Shown here piece after piece: positions 1 through 13,491 of a stretch of DNA of 64,000 bases. Within the stretch, counting starts at the first letter, position 1; every line of letters begins with the position of its first letter. This DNA is from Takakia lepidozioides. Taxonomy: Eukaryota; Plantae; Bryophyta. The notes under the pieces were generated by a model, which ran no database searches, was not told the origin of the DNA, and saw only the letters and a program-made list of their open reading frames with translations. The stretch lies in NCBI GenBank assembly GCA_030704615.1, contig CM060731.1, positions 79,484,001-79,548,000 on the forward strand. The letters are read 5' to 3'. A program made the position numbers and the translations under genes.

Positions 1-1589
1 GGGCTGGCAAACATCTTTTGCTGTGGATTGTTTAGGCTTATCGACCAACCCATGTGAGAGGGCAACTATTCCTTCTCCCTGTGAAAGTGAGGAGTTAGTA
101 GTCCGACAGTGTCACTCAACTCAACACTTCTCCAAACAAGATGTTGATCCTGCATGCACATACAGACTGTCCCACTGTAATTTATAATGCTTTTCCTGTC
201 ATACATGTCACGATTTGACCAAGGTCTCTTGGGACCTTGGTAACTCTCATCATTATCAGTCCCATGCGGGAAGAATTTATAAAGTGCTTTCTTTCTGATA
301 GACTTTAAAACTGAAAAGCCCAACCTTGTCATGGAAATTCTTTGGTCAATGGCAGAGGAACATGAAGTTTCATCAGGCTAATCGTGCCGCCAGTTGTCAC
401 GATGGTCTTATAAGTAATATTTTTTAAACACGCATATGACAAAGATACTGTGAAGGATGCAGACGCTTATTTCTGCGTGACCCCCTCCAGAGATTGGGTC
501 ACCGGTTGCTGCTCACACGAAAGGATTGGCTGTAGATTGCAGGTTGTAGAGATTGAAAAGGCCTGCTATTAAGGGTGCTGGGTATTTGACGACAATTACT
601 GCGCCCTCCACTTCAGGGGGTGAGGGGCTACATGCCACTACAAGAGTGTTCTTACCCCTCCATCACTAGATGGCCCCAATTGGACTTGGGAATTTGAGCA
701 TTGGACACTTTGTTCACGAGCCCGGCAGAGTTGATCCGTTTGAACACCTTCTCGAAAATCCATTGTGTTTGCCCAGATTGTACTAATAAAGATGACATAT
801 TCTGTAAGCCATTATTAGACAAAACTGTAATAATGCCTGCACTCTATGTAAATACATATTGGAGTTGAGATGCATGCATCCTCGGCTTTATGTGACGGCC
901 CATTAGTCTAATCATCAATGGTAGGGTATGGGCCCTGAAAGGTTGGGGTGCCCCCCAACTGGCAGGTTTTTACATAATCTGTTCACAAATTGAAGTATTA
1001 ATTGCACATTGACCATATCGCCAGCTTATAGAATGGTTTATCCACTGGATTCACGCAGAGGGAACAAAGGGAATCCCACTACCTACTTACTGGTGCACAC
1101 GCACAACGTCTTTCCTTAAAACCCTATTCCCACCTTCGCCTGTTAGATTTTGTCAGGAGCGCCTCAGTGTGTCGTGCTGATATTGGTCACACGCCGCTAA
1201 GACTAGCAGACGAGCTGAGCCTTTGGCCTGCTCTCTCTCTCCACTCAAAACTTTTCCTGCTCTGACCTCTCCCGCTAGCGTGGATCACACCTTTTGATCC
1301 ACGTGAGCGGGCCACGTCACTGCGTTGGGCTATGTGCCAAGATGCAGAGGATGAAGCCAGTCCGCAGAGGCAGGAGGCAGGCAGCAAGGGAAAGGTGTTG
1401 GAGGAACAAAGGGAGGATGTTGGAAAAGGGCATGGGTGGCATGTTTAGGAACTGTGGCAGAAGAGCCCGCGACGAGGAGGAGGAAGGTGGTGGGGCGGGG
1501 CAGTGCGAGGAGCAGGAGAGGGCGGGGCCGGGGCAGACGGAGTAGGTAGTAAGCCCTACAATAATTGGGAGAGAGCCACCAAAGTATCT

Positions 1590-2000
1590 AACGTGCGCGC
1601 TTTTTCCCGACACGCTGCCACCGCACGCTGCGGGATCGCCCAACCGGGCACCGCCACGGAGGCGCGGGGCAGCCAGTCGCAGGTCCCACGTGGCACACGT
1701 TTCTCGTCGCGCTGCGAGGCAGTCGTCGCGCGGGTACGATGGGGCGCGCGGGCGGGCCCCGCCCGCGCGCTCACACGAATGCGCGCTGCGCGGAAAAGCG
1801 CGCGGGCGCGGAGGCGGGCCAATGAGGCGCGCGCGTGTCGCGCGATAGTCGGTGCGCCGTGCAGCCCCGCCCGCGCCCCGCGGCACCGCACGACTCCGCG
1901 CCTGCCCGGCTGCCTGCCCGGCTGCCCGCCCTGCGCGACTGGAGGCGCGTGACGGTGGGCAGCGTGGGAGGTAGGCGAGTAGGGTCGCGGGCCCGATAGG
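1590..2000. promoter_or_regulatory. Very GC/CpG-rich island upstream of the Dof gene (probable promoter region)
   Basis: Dense CG/GCGC runs with CACGTG and CCAAT motifs, ~350 bp upstream of a CT-rich tract typical of plant 5' UTRs. Overlapping ORFs are GC artefacts. Confidence 0.45.
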
Positions 2001-2329
2001 GCTACAAAGGCCAGCTCACGCTGCGTGCAGGGCATTGCAGCGCGCACAGTGTGCAGGCCTTTTGTGCCCGGTACGCCTTTCAATAAAGTTTTGTGGAGGA
2101 GCGTATACCCCCGCGCCGAGCATTTGCGGCTGCTGCTGTCCAGCGTCCCTTTGCAGTGCGCGCATGTGGGAGGTGGTGGGCAAATTTGGATGGAGACGCC
2201 CTCGCGGAGTGAGGTAGACAGACCGGACCGGCAGCCCGGGGTGTGGTGGGTGTTTGATGTGGGACGGATGGTTTGCATGTAGTTTGAAAATATTTCCTTA
2301 GCTGTTGAGATGCGTCTTGTTTGATCCTG

Positions 2330-2673
2330 TCTCTACTCGAGCTCTCTCTCTCACCTCTCTGCCCTCTTCCTCCCCTCTTTCCGTTCTGCTTGGACGGGGT
2401 GGCCTCTTTTCTGGTGTCTTCTCTTTCAAGTACTCGCTGTCGCTGCCTCTCTTGGCGGGGGCTTCACATCACTTCAGTTTTGTGATGTATAATTTTGAAA
2501 CCATCTCTACCCATGAAGATGGAAGACAGACGTGCCTGGTAGTTGGGAGTCGAGAGGAACCGAAAGTAGAATCTATTGGGACCTTTTGTTCAGCTTCCAG
2601 GTAAAGGAAGGCAACAGTTGTCAGAGCGGGTGGAACATTGTTCGAGTTGTTTGTCGCTTGCTTCCTTTGACGT

Positions 2674-2714
<41 letters not shown>

Positions 2715-4480
2715 AGAGAGAGTAGCAATCCTGTTGCAGGTGAAGCAACAGTGTACATGAAAGCTTTTGCTTACTTCTCGAAATCTCTCCTCGTAGAAAA
2801 CCATAAGTTTCGGATTATGGTGGCGCGTTTGAAAAACTTGGTGTCGAAGCTAGACAATGAATCTTGTCGTGTACACCCCAGAAGTTTCGTCACGAAGATA
2901 TAAAGAAATCGCCAGTTTACTCTGCCTCCTCTGCCCTTGTTGGCCCCATCATTCACTGTCATTTCTACCAAGGGCATGTCTGGGCTGGCGGCCTGGCAAC
3001 TTGTTGGCACCTCTCTCAGCAGCCATCATTCTGAAGAGTTTGAACTTTTTTGGGAGTGATTGAGCTTGTTTGGCGAACTTTCTTTCTTCCTCATGGTTGG
3101 GTCCTTAGATCTCTAGCGACAGTGCAGGGAAATATGTACTGACCAGTTTCGTCTGGTGGATCGTGGCAGGCTTCAAGCTGCTGCATACAAGATTTGACGT
3201 AGATATCCAATTCAAGTCGTGCTACATCCGATGGAAGAGTGTCTTTGTGCAGACGTACCGGAAAGCCCATGATATATGCGCAGGGTCGAGAGCGGGAATT
3301 GACAGAGACCGCTGGAGGCAAAGAGTGACGTAAGGCGCCCCGAGACATCTTAGTTCGCTTAGCAGTTCGCTTAGCCAAGCACTGTGCAGCTCCAATCATC
3401 TGAAAGTGTAGTGAAAGGGACTTGGGAGCAAAACAGGCTGTACAAGGGGTCGCTTGTCATAGTCTCGAAAGCCTTGTGGTAACCCGTCAAGCTGGTAGTC
3501 CAGGCTCCCGTGATCACTGGACAGTCGGCTAGTAGCAACGTTGGGAGAGAAGAACAACTGTCAACAGCTCATCCCGAGCAGGGAGTACTCCAAGCGCGGC
3601 TTTCGTACTTGTATGTGCGCGCCGATTATTCTTGGGTGTACCAAACCCGTACACTGTAAGCAAGGAGCTATCCCTGGGTGCAAGTTTCTTCTCAAGTCCC
3701 CAAGTCACGGCGTATCGCCTCCTCAGTCTGGAAGAATTTGGTGGGAACGACACCAGCCTGTCGTAGACTGAAATGGAGACCTCTCAGGTGCTAATGCTGT
3801 TTACCTATGCAGTCGTGATGCATTTGGCTATTATCTTCGAGTTTTGACTTGTCTATGTCTGTATCCTGGAATTAGTTCGTATCCTCCCCTCTCCTCTTGG
3901 CAAACGGCCTGCTGAAACCAGCCCCTAACTTTGGGAAAGGAATTTGGCATTGTGTTCTAACAGACCAACACCAATATTGGATTTGCTGAGGTGCTGCACT
4001 TTGTAATCCAAAAGCAGTCATCAATGAGTTAATGTGACAGCAATCCCTGATCTGGAAAATGCCACTGTCTGGTCTAGGCACGGGTGTGCCTCATATCCTT
4101 TCCTGCAATGAAGGAAAGATATATAGTTTACTTCAAATTAGGTGGTTCTCAGAGAAGTGATGAGAGTGTGGTGGCTGAAGTCTCCCTTTACTGACCCGGG
4201 AGCATGTGTTTTCTGATTATGAAGCACTGAGTGAATCTGCGGGCTAGTTCAGGGGATCAAGTCTGTAGAATTTTGAGCTTACTGTGTGTTTCGCCTGACA
4301 ATCTGGTCTGCTTTGGGGGATTTCGAGATAGTAACTGCAAAGGTACAGTAATAGGTCAGTCCTGGGTTGTCCTGACAAACTTTGGCCTTTTGACCTTTGG
4401 TAGTAGGTGGTCAAGTTTGCTTCATGCCTCATATTGTGCTTTGCACAGGTGTCTGAATCTCTTCTTTTTCTGGCAAACAG
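2330..4480 (+). promoter_or_regulatory. Probable Dof 5' UTR exon with uORFs plus a ~1.85-kb leader intron
   Basis: CT-rich tract 2330-2460; uORF MKMEDRRAW* at 2513-2542; donor CAG|GTAAAG at 2601; candidate acceptors TTGCACAG (4448) or CAAACAG (4480). Confidence 0.45.
2674..2720 (+). repeat. (GA)n microsatellite, GAGA-element-like
   Basis: Near-continuous GA repeat just inside the putative leader intron. Confidence 0.9.
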
Positions 4481-4635
4481 ATTGAGGCAGTGTGCAGGAC
4501 ACAGTCGAGTTTGTGATGATCGTCAAGAGGACACGCAGGCACTTAGTCAGCAGCACAGCATTTAATTTCTTGGCGGATGGTTGGACGGGGACGTAGGGGA
4601 GTCAAGAGGGATATGGTAGATGCAGAGATGCGTTG

Positions 4636-5754
4636 ATGCGAGCAGTTGCACCAGGCCGAGGGTGGGTCATGCTGCTTAGTAGCGCCAGCCATGAGCAGCA
4701 GCAGGAGAAGAAGGCAAGCCAGCTGTTTGCCCAGCGTGCCTTGCAGGAGCGCCGATTAAAGCCGCCTGATCAAATTATTGCCTGCCCACGTTGTCAGTCT
4801 TTAAATACCAAGTTCTGCTACTATAACAACTACAGTCTCACTCAACCTCGTCATTTCTGCAAGAACTGCCGACGCTATTGGACTGCAGGTGGCACCTTGC
4901 GCAATGTTCCTGTGGGTGGTGGCTGCCGCAAGAACAAGCGGGCCAAGCAACGGAGTGCAGATGTGCAATCATCCACTGGAACAGTGAGCGTGGAGAGTGA
5001 CAGCTCTGCTGCCGTGGGGCTGCAGAGTCAGAGTTTTGCCTCCTCTTCTGCAGGCTTCTTTGAAAATGAAGAGGCTGCTGCCTTTGCCCGCTCTCAGCAA
5101 TCCATTCGAGCAGAACCCTCGGGTGTGAGTCAGAGTGGGGACGCGGGTTTGGGCTTTTCAAACCACAGTACCCAGGCGTACACTGCTCAGGCGTCAAACA
5201 TCAGACAGCATTCTCAGCCTTTTGACAGTGGGATCATGAGCCTAGGCTTCTTTGGGTCTGCCAGGCCAGAGGCAGGGCTGAGCTTGCACTCCCATCATCA
5301 CTTACATAGCGGGGACTTGAGTGCCATGTTTGAAACTCCAACCTTCAACAGGGCAGGTGCATTGGCTGCGCTGAGTGAAGGGCTTCACAGTTACAATCAT
5401 GTGGAAGCGGGGGGTGGGGATCCGGCACCACCACCGTATACAGGATTGGATGTGTGGCGAGGTCAGCATCAGAGTAAGCATGGCCCTGTGTGGGCAGAGG
5501 AGACAATGACATTGGACATCAACCGACAGCAGTCTAAAGGCAAGTCCACACTGTGCTTGTCACCCTCCACTGGGCTGGATGATGAAGCTGCTCGCCCAGC
5601 AGTGGCATGGCAAGCTTCTGTTCCACAGGAAAGCTTGCCACAGTATGACACAGCTCCAGCCGATGCTAATTTCTGGAGCAATAGTGGGTGGCCACCATTG
5701 GACCTCCAGTCTATGCCTGGAGCTGCTGGAGGAGGAGGCGGCCAACTTCTGTGA
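4636..5754 (+). CDS. Dof (C2-C2) zinc-finger transcription factor
   Basis: Canonical Dof domain [53 protein letters not shown] from 4783. In-frame stop upstream at 4594, so the start is ATG 4636 or 4669. Single intact coding exon. Confidence 0.96.
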   Translation: MRAVAPGRGWVMLLSSASHEQQQEKKASQLFAQRALQERRLKPPDQIIACPRCQSLNTKFCYYNNYSLTQPRHFCKNCRRYWTAGGTLRNVPVGGGCRKNKRAKQRSADVQSSTGTVSVESDSSAAVGLQSQSFASSSAGFFENEEAAAFARSQQSIRAEPSGVSQSGDAGLGFSNHSTQAYTAQASNIRQHSQPFDSGIMSLGFFGSARPEAGLSLHSHHHLHSGDLSAMFETPTFNRAGALAALSEGLHSYNHVEAGGGDPAPPPYTGLDVWRGQHQSKHGPVWAEETMTLDINRQQSKGKSTLCLSPSTGLDDEAARPAVAWQASVPQESLPQYDTAPADANFWSNSGWPPLDLQSMPGAAGGGGGQLL

Positions 5755-8024
5755 AAGCGTAGTGTACAATCGCCCTTCTTCCCTGGTAGTTGGGTGGGTA
5801 GATCAATTAACCTAAATGGAGTGATCAAATTGTAGACCTGTGGAGCTCTGGACTTAAACCAGTCCAGTATTTATTCTTAGCTACCTTGTTATGTAGCAGG
5901 GTTCCGAAAGGTTTTGAGCATGAGTTGAGCGAGAGTAGTGTTGCAAGTGCAACGTTTTGATACACTTGCAGATAGTCTGCGCTCACCACTTTCCGTAACA
6001 ATTCTGTTATCTTCTAGTTTTTACTCATGCTCTACCTATTATGTAAGTCACATCTCTCAAAGCCACCACCCTGCCAGTTTCTAATCCTCCTTTCCTTTCT
6101 TGATCTTAGTTCATCAAAGTGTATGGTGTAGACAGGAATTTAGGGTATATTACAAACTGAAAATTACAATGTATCCACTGCTTAAAACAGCAGACTTGCA
6201 CAGAGTGAACTTTTTGACGCCATGGCCAATGAATGCTTGGCATTTCCAGACAAAAGCTGCTTTGGGAAGTTTTTTTCCTTCTGAACTTCGTTGGATGATC
6301 TCTTTTGGATTGCACCGCTTGCATGTTATTTTCTTGGCAGTGTGATGGTGTGGGTGATCTTAAACTGTTCTTCTTATTGGGTATAGGTTGGTGTATCCAT
6401 GAAACTGCACACTTGTGGTCCGTATATGAGTTTCTACTGCTTGTGACGCCCGGTGATGTTTGGTTGTATTCTATTGCAATCTTGAGGCTCTAGCAAATGC
6501 TGAAGAGGTTGTTGGGAGAATGTGAAGCGTGTAGTATTTCACTGTTGTTTGAAATGTGAACTGAATCCACTGACAAAAACTTCAAACTGATCAGCACCCG
6601 CCCCTTGGAAAAGGTAAACTACAAAATACCTACAGTGCGGTCAGACGCTGCCTAACTACAAGAAATTGAAGTAGCCTAGTCGAGGCTCCTGAATTCAAAT
6701 AAACACGGATTTGAAGTTATTCCACCACAACCTACAGGGGAAATCTAATGAAAACTTGATCCAGCAGACTGCAGTGGTGGACAAAGAAGCCAGAAGTAGC
6801 GCAGTGGCAGATAGGAAAGGGAACCTGCACTCTCGCCCTCCCGACTGATAGCACGTCGTCTCTCCAGTGATGAGAGACGACCGCCTGCAGTAACAACGTG
6901 GCACCAACCCTCATGTAAGAGCGCGCACAGATAAAAAGATGACCACCAAGGTGACGCAAGCCAAGGAACGCCGACCAGGAATGATGACGCTGGTAGGCAT
7001 TGATGAGTGGCATGCGCCGACGCGAAGAGAGATTCTGCAGCGCTTCCTGCGCAGAGCGCTGTGCATGCAGCATCCACGGATGCCGCTACGGTACTCCGTT
7101 ATCTCCTGCTCCCTCCTATTCTAATAGGCCCACCGTATTCTCCTCCTCTCGCCTCCACCCAACCTGCCCAGCCTTGGTGTCCCCTTCCTGCACCACACAC
7201 ACACAAGCGGATGAGGCGCACACACCCCCACACTCCCACACTCTCTCTTTGATTGCAGCCTTGACCTTCCCCACCCTCGACTCCCGACGTTAGGCACCCA
7301 CTTGCCTACTTACCGTATCCGCCGTAATTGGCTGGCGTGCGGAGTCGGGAACGTCTCTCTCGCGCCACGTGCTCCAGATTTTCACCCACGATATTTCACT
7401 CGGCAAGCACTTGTTACGAGCCGCCCCAAGTCGGGGTGGAAGCGCGAGTGCCATGCACAAACATGCATGTCGTGACTGACATGTACAGTGCAGGCGCTCG
7501 ACGGGCCCACCGGCCGGGGGGACCTCCCTCGCTTTTGAGGCTCTTTGCGCATTCAAGAAGTGGCAGTGTTTCAAATTTGTGTGCTACCAGTTCCAATGAT
7601 TGCGGTCCTTGGGCTGGTGTTGACGGGATATTATAAGAATTTGTGGGTTCTTTTCTCCCCATTTTCGCTGGGTTGGTTTCAATGATATCGAAGCGGAATG
7701 ATGGCTGTGGCCCACTGTGGCGTTGTGGTCGTGCTGCTCGGTACCTCGCTGCCTCCGTGGCCCGCCTTGCACTTCCCCACGTGGTGTGCTTGTAGGAGTT
7801 TGAGAAATCCATCATACGAAGAAATTGATGTTCGGCGTCACTGTCCCATCGCGAGGCTGCTTGTCTTGTCGGTTGTGTGGGACCCGTACGGCTACCTAAC
7901 TCCCGAGTCCCGAACGCTGGTGTGACGGTGTCCCCTTCGATATTCCAATGTCGAGGACGAAAGTATGGCCCGGAGGAAAAAGAAAGGAAAAAGAAGAATG
8001 AGGGTGACGGTTCCCGTGACCCTC

Positions 8025-8033
8025 AAACCCTAA
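8025..8033 (+). promoter_or_regulatory. Telo-box AAACCCTAA
   Basis: Exact motif ~100 bp upstream of the ATG at 8131. Confidence 0.55.
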
Positions 8034-8130
8034 CCGGATACCCGTATGGCTGGCGTACCCTAGAGAGTCTTGAGTTGCAAGTGGTTTAGTTGCCGAAGAG
8101 TTGCAGCAGAGGAGCCCTTCTGCGTTAGCG

Positions 8131-8832
8131 ATGGCCGGCCACGATGATGGCAACGCTGACTTCGTCGAGCTTTTGCGGCCGTTTCATGAGCGCGCTACTG
8201 TTGCCGAGGTTTGTTTCGTATTAGCTTTAGTGGGGGAAGATGCATTCCAAGAAGGAAGGCAGCCCTAATTTCTTAAATCGAGTCGGAGAGCAGCTGGACC
8301 TACGTTTTTGGTTTTATTTCTTCCTTACGCTATGGTTTGGTTCAATGTTGGAGCGATCCAATGGCAAGATAACGGGCAGGGTGGATGCATGAATGCTCGT
8401 CTGGTTTTAGGTCATTTCTATATGAAGGTTGTCTCCTGGGACCGCATTTTGTTTGATGCGTTCCACGGACTATCTGACCGTCATTAATTTGGCGCATTGT
8501 CTGGGTTTCGCAGGCGCGCCTTGCCGAATTGGAAGCTGCAGTGCACGGCGTCACAGGTAATAGAGTTTTCGATGTTCTCATTCAGAATCCCATGGACCTA
8601 TTCGTGAGCAGTGACAAGAGTGATGTATTGAGCTGCAGGTCTCAGTGGACAGGATGGACTTTTAGAGTCATTGATAGAATTGCGGGAGAAGTTGCAGAAC
8701 GCAAAGGCGGAACAAAAAGTTGAACGGGAGAAGCTGATTTCTGAGAAGAGAAAGCTATCCTACCAAGTTTTGCATCTGCAACGAGCACTCAAGGAAGCTG
8801 ACGGGAGGCTGGCGCAAGCGCAAGCCTCCTGA
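8131..8832 (+). CDS. Small plant coiled-coil protein, 104 aa, 3 exons (8131-8208, 8514-8556, 8639-8832)
   Basis: GT-AG introns with compatible phases give MAGHDDGNADFVELLRPFHERATVAE|ARLAELEAAVHGVT|GLSGQDGLLESLIELREKLQNAKAEQKVEREKLISEKRKLSYQVLHLQRALKEADGRLAQAQAS*. Resembles a conserved plant family with L.PF..RA..AE.RL..LEA and KL.Y...HL motifs. Confidence 0.85.
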
Positions 8833-9849
8833 CAGCACTGCCATTCATAGCCCCCCTTCCAGATTCTCTCCAGCTGTGTTTGACCGACAGCACAAGTAGG
8901 GTTTTCACAACTGAGCGGCTATGATGTCTCACCAGGTGGTTAGTATCAAGTGTTCAGTCACTTGGGAGTACTTGACACTTCAAATGTGCAGAATTGAGGG
9001 AGGGGTTCGCTTTCATTGGACTTAGGGCCAGGATAGTCACGTAAGTTACCAGGAGAGTCACAGAGCTGCAATTTGTGTGGCTGAAAGGACAGAAATTCGA
9101 GGCACAGACAGGCAAGAGGAGAGGGAGAAGTTTCGGTTTGCATACAACGTTTACATTAGTTGCGAGTGCATCACTGCTTAACATTTTAGTATAAAAATTT
9201 AGAAAGACACCACTTTACCAGGGCTTACACTTTTACCGAACTGGTGACTGCTGGCAAAGTAGATGCCTATGAACCTGGTTATACGAGTATGTGTTGCAGT
9301 ATGATCTTGGCGGCTTAGAACACAAGTTGAAAATGTTACCGGTGGGTTATTTCGCGTAAATTAGGTACTGGAACCCTAACCCCTCTTCAAGTGCCTAGTG
9401 TGTGACCTCAGTGTAATAACTACAGGGGAGGATGGAGATATTAACTTTTCATATTAATTTCCCACTGCTATGTAACGCAAAGATTGTTGCTAATTCAAAG
9501 TAGAAGTGTTGTAAGATGGTGCCACCTCATGATACTTGTCAAGTTGAGGAGTATGCAATACTACACATGTGCTCTTGAATTGACCACACCAGTGCCTGAG
9601 CAAAAACATGTGCAAAATGTAACAAGGTGCACAGTAAATGATATGTGAAAACTTCTTGCTTGTTACATTTGACGAAGTTTCCATGCTTAAACCCATTCTC
9701 GAGATTATCTACATCTAATTGACAGGGTTGCTTCAGTTACCTTGCAGTCCAGTCTGAAAAACTTAGGTGGCACCAACATATACCACCACATACTGGAGCT
9801 CAAAAGAGTGCCTGCTATCTAGTGACCATGGACACCTTGCTTTACAGAT

Positions 9850-10620
9850 GTTTCGGAGGGTAACTGTGCAGAAAAATTCATACACTGGGTATTCGCAGTA
9901 GGTATGTTTGGTGGCCCAGGAGGGTTATTATTTTTCCTTTATTTGGTGTCCCCATGTTGGAATGAGTCCTAGAGGCGAGTTGGTTCAATCTCCAACCAGT
10001 AAGGCCATTGTTTTGGACCGGTTGACTCGAAACCGGAAGCCTCTTAGAGGTTTTGGTTGCCAAATTTAACTGTGTCGCCCATGAACATGTCCTTTATCTG
10101 GTGGACGGCCATGTTGGGAAGGATACTCTCAGTCCGATTATGGAGGGGTTGTTGTCTTAGAGGTGAATCTAAACGAGTCCGTCACTAAGACGAATAGAAA
10201 GGGAGCTAACGGATAGCCATGGCGGATTGATCTCTGCAAGCTGAAAGGTTTGCGTTGATTTGATACTATATTGGTTGTGTACTTGAGTAGTATAGATACC
10301 CACTTGTAGATGTCATTGGACATCTTTTCATGATTTCTAGAAGGAGGTGCCATTGTCAAATGTTTTGTCAAAATCTAAGAGTAGCATAACATTTGCTTGG
10401 TTATCCCTCGGCTATTCCATGAGTGAATTTAATCGAGGTGTGGTTAGGCTGAGAGGTTGGGTCTCAATTCATGGCCTATTGTTGGTATAGTAGAATCTGG
10501 TTCATTTGTCTACGAGGAGGGATTTTGTCTAGGTTAGTTCACTTGGGGCTTTTGGAGCTGAAGTTGCAAGCTCTATGTTTTCTTTGGTAAGAGGTTTTAT
10601 CTGGAGGCCATTGATCCAAC
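9850..10620 (-). mobile_element. Degenerate L1-type LINE reverse-transcriptase remnant
   Basis: Minus strand reads MLLLDFDKTFD and FSLQRSIRHGYPLAPFLF (RT LDFxKAxD and RQGxPLxP motifs), with frameshifts. Boundaries approximate. Confidence 0.7.
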
Positions 10621-11738
10621 GTAGTTTAACCTAATTTTGGTTGGGGGAATGTCATAAGCTGCATACAAAAGGGCCCAAATTGTTTGTCTGAGTTTGTATG
10701 TGAGGCAGCTGCCTTGCAGATCGGAAATTGGTGTATCCATCTAGCTCTGTCTCAAGCGTTCCACCATACTAATGGTAGGATTTCCTTGGTTTCCCCTTTA
10801 ATGGTTTGGTCTTTGATACAAAGAACCTTGCTTCTCTGGAGGTTTTGAACCAATTTGACATAAAGAAAACTGGGAGAGGGCAATGGTGTTACATTTTATA
10901 TCCTCGATGGTAGGTGGGGCTGGTTGTAGGGGCAGAGACGTTTGTGGGAAGTCCTTGATAAAAAACAATGCATGGTTAATTAGCTCTGGTTCCTATTGCG
11001 TGAAATCAGCCATTATTTCATCTTACTGTGACAATGGAACAAGCGACTGCCTGCCATGCCATTTCTAATTGTCCCATGTTTGCCGAAACTACTTCTGCTT
11101 TTGTTTCCAGCTGGAGAAGGTAGAGGAGTATGAGCCCAGAGAGAGGGGGGCTGGTAAGCCAAGCTGGAAAATGTTGAACAAGAGAAAACTTCATCAGCAC
11201 TAAGGCCTCTAGAGAATGGTGAATTTGACATTGAGGTAACAATGCCTGACCAAATAGATACACTGAACATTCTTGCCAGGGACCAGTTCCATTATACAGC
11301 ATTAACCAATCTTACAAAGCCACAGTAAAGCCCATACCAGGGCGTATGGTCATGACCTACAATGTTGCACTTTAGGCTTACAAAAATTCCAAGGGACATG
11401 AGCTGCACATGGGGGAACCAGGCACCAGAGAGTCGCAATGAAGGTGCAGCTGACTCATATCACTTACTACCATGGCTTGAGGTCTCGAGGGGACCTTCGG
11501 TCTAATTTAGCATAGCTTGCCCCGGCTCTAAATAGATGTTCAATAGCAGCGCGTAAGTTCCAGCATGATGTGGATCACATTTGAGAAGGCAATTTGCTGC
11601 ACGCTCTGCTATTGGATAACAAAAATAAAGAAGAATGTCAGAAACACGCAAAAACCTCAACATACGTAAGTTGAAACACAAGGAGCAAGACCATGATATT
11701 CTACATTACTGGATTACAAAATGTTAGAAAGGCCCCAT

Positions 11739-13325
11739 TCAACATCTCGTTCCACATTGCGGTGGATTCAACAGGCACCAAGCAAGGCCCCCCCACACAA
11801 AAAGCCTCCGGCTTGACTGGCAAACTGTTATGAATTTCTCTGCATCATCCCAACTGCCCTCCACCATGCAGCCGAAATGCTCCATTCTCGGAGTGAGGCC
11901 ATGATCTCGAGTCATGGACCCAAAGTAGTGACAGCCTTCATCCACTAGACCTGCATGGCTACAAGCAAAAAGAAGACATGTAAAGGTGATACCATCTGCC
12001 GTCAAGCCTTCCTGGTGCATTTGTTCAAATAGTTCAAGGGCCTCCCTACCACACCCATGCTGAGCATACCCTGCAATCGTCACATTCCATGAGACCACAT
12101 TTCGTTGAGCCATATTGTCGAACACTTCTCGTGCATCCTTTATGCTCCCACATTTGGAATACATCTCTGCAAGGGCAGTCTCCAGAATGATATCTGATGC
12201 AATTCCAGCAGTGCTGATGTCAGCATGGACCTCTCTGCCCCTGTCCAGGGCAGCCAGGCTGGCACAAGCGCTGAGAATGCAAATGAATGTGACTTTGTTG
12301 GGTGTCACTTCTTCCTTCATCATGTGCTCATAGATCTTGAGAGCGTCCATACTGCACCCATGCTGGGCATATCCTGAGAGCATGGCATTCCATGAGAACA
12401 CATTTCGCCTAGTCATATTATCAAACACCTGATGTGCATCCTTTGTTCTTCCGCATTTGGCATACATGTCGACAAGAGCAGTCTCCAAGATGACATCTGG
12501 TGAGATTCCAGCTTTGATCAGTTCAACAGGGACCTCTTTGCCCTTTTCTAAGTTTCCTAGGCTGGCACATAGTTAGGCATCAACCCTTTCTGCATCTTTT
12601 GCTCATACATCTCAAGGGCCTCTCTGCCACACCTAAGCTGAGCATATCCTGCGATCATTGCACTCCATGTGACTACATTTCGTTTAGCCATGTTGTCAAA
12701 CACTTGACGGGCGTCCTTTATGCTCCCACATTTGGCATAAATGTCAACAAGTGTGTTCTCAAGAATGACATCTGGTGCAATGCAACTTTTTCGCATGTCC
12801 GCATAAATTTCTTTCCCCTTTTCAAGAGCTCCTAGTCTGGCACACGCATTGAGAACACAGATGTATCTTACCTTGTTGGGCAGCACTCCTCCTTATATCA
12901 TTTGTTCATATATCTCCAAAGCCTCCCCACCACACCCATGCTGAGCATAGCCTGCAACCATGGCATTCCATGTGACAATATTTCGAGGAGCCATATTGTT
13001 TACTTGACGTGCATCCTTTATGCTCCCACATTCGGCATACATGTCAGCAAGGGCAGTCTCCATAATCGTATCTGACTGAATTCCAGCTTGACAATGACAG
13101 CATGGATCTCTTTGCCTTTCTCCAGGGCTCCTAGGCTGGTACACGCATCGAGAACAGAAATGAAGGTTACCTTGTCAGGCGTCACCCCTTCCTGCATCAT
13201 TTGCCCATAGATCTCCAAAGCCTCCCTACCACACCCACACTTGGCATATGCTGATATCATTATAGTCCAAGTAAACAAATTTCGTTCAGGCATTTGTCAA
13301 AGACTTTGCGTGCATCCACCACACT
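11739..13325 (-). pseudogene. PLS-class PPR pseudogene ending in P2-L2-S2/E1
   Basis: Repeated ETALVDMYAKCG..DARQVFD / WNAMIAGYAQHG / TF..L.AC..L.ALEKG motifs over four frameshifted ORFs; ACSHAGLVDEG and HFGCM near the end. Confidence 0.9.
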
Positions 13326-13491
13326 CCAATTTGACCACCACAAACTGAGAAGACAGGTAAGAATTCTTGTGCTGTGCAAAAAAAAAACTCCTTTATCATA
13401 GCCCGTATCCCCAATTCAGTCCAGGCAACGTCTCTTGGAGCCCATCTCTATGAATTTCTTTACTCCTCTTGGTAGGACAAAAATAGCTCAC

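Noticed and set aside
66-332. 88-aa ORF at the window start
   Set aside because: No motif or splice context supports it.
1294-2282. Overlapping 80-240-aa ORFs on both strands
   Set aside because: Arg/Ala/Pro/Gly-rich products of extreme GC content; no domain.
6690-7300. Possible divergent gene or miRNA locus
   Set aside because: No recognisable peptide, known miRNA or clear hairpin.
11111-11234. AG...GT-bounded exon-like segment
   Set aside because: No partner exons and no recognisable peptide.
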